IMG/VR virus record: IMGVR_UViG_3300015607_002835
Coordinates: 6,976-70,975 of that record
From: a virus
Taxonomy: Duplodnaviria; Caudoviricetes
Reading direction: 5' to 3' (one strand)
DNA: 64,000 nucleotides
A program made the position numbers and the translations under genes. Shown piece by piece: positions 63,938 to 64,000 of the stretch (position 1 is its first letter; every line of letters starts with the position of its first letter). Under the pieces are notes generated by a model. It was not told the origin of the DNA and did no database searches. It saw only the letters and a program-made list of their open reading frames with translations.

Positions 63938-64000
63938 TGGCTAGGGAGGAAGGACTCAAACCTTCACAAGGCTTACGCCGACAGAGTCAAAGTCTGTTGC
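63938..64000 (-). tRNA. Partial tRNA (5' end beyond window), anticodon TTG (Gln), long variable arm
   Basis: ACAGA-CTTTGAC-TCTGT, variable arm GGC-GTAA-GCC, GAAGG/CCTTC T stem, GCCA end. Confidence 0.7.

Overview
A 64-kb segment of a T4-like (Tevenvirinae-distant) jumbo myophage genome, mostly coded on the minus strand. It contains virion and tail-fibre genes, a two-subunit type II topoisomerase, nucleotide-metabolism genes (ThyA, DHFR, guanylate kinase, a second thymidylate-synthase-fold enzyme with dCMP-type specificity) and a Ter/Tel stress cluster. It also has ClpX, a bactofilin, Ro60/Rsr, SmpB, Pth2, an RNA ligase, a RelE-like toxin-antitoxin pair, three homing endonucleases and 13 tRNA genes, the last cut by the window edge. 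The strongest unexplained signal is a possible UGA-readthrough system. An RF1-type release factor gene (58186-58872) has one in-frame TGA exactly at the conserved Trp of RF1. A virion gene (1307-2167) is also interrupted by a single in-frame TGA. The phage tRNA-Trp(CCA) has an unpinned anticodon stem (A27.C43, U31.U39) plus U11-A24, features linked elsewhere to UGA misreading. TGA is otherwise a normal stop here. All functional calls come from motif recognition by eye; no database searches were run.
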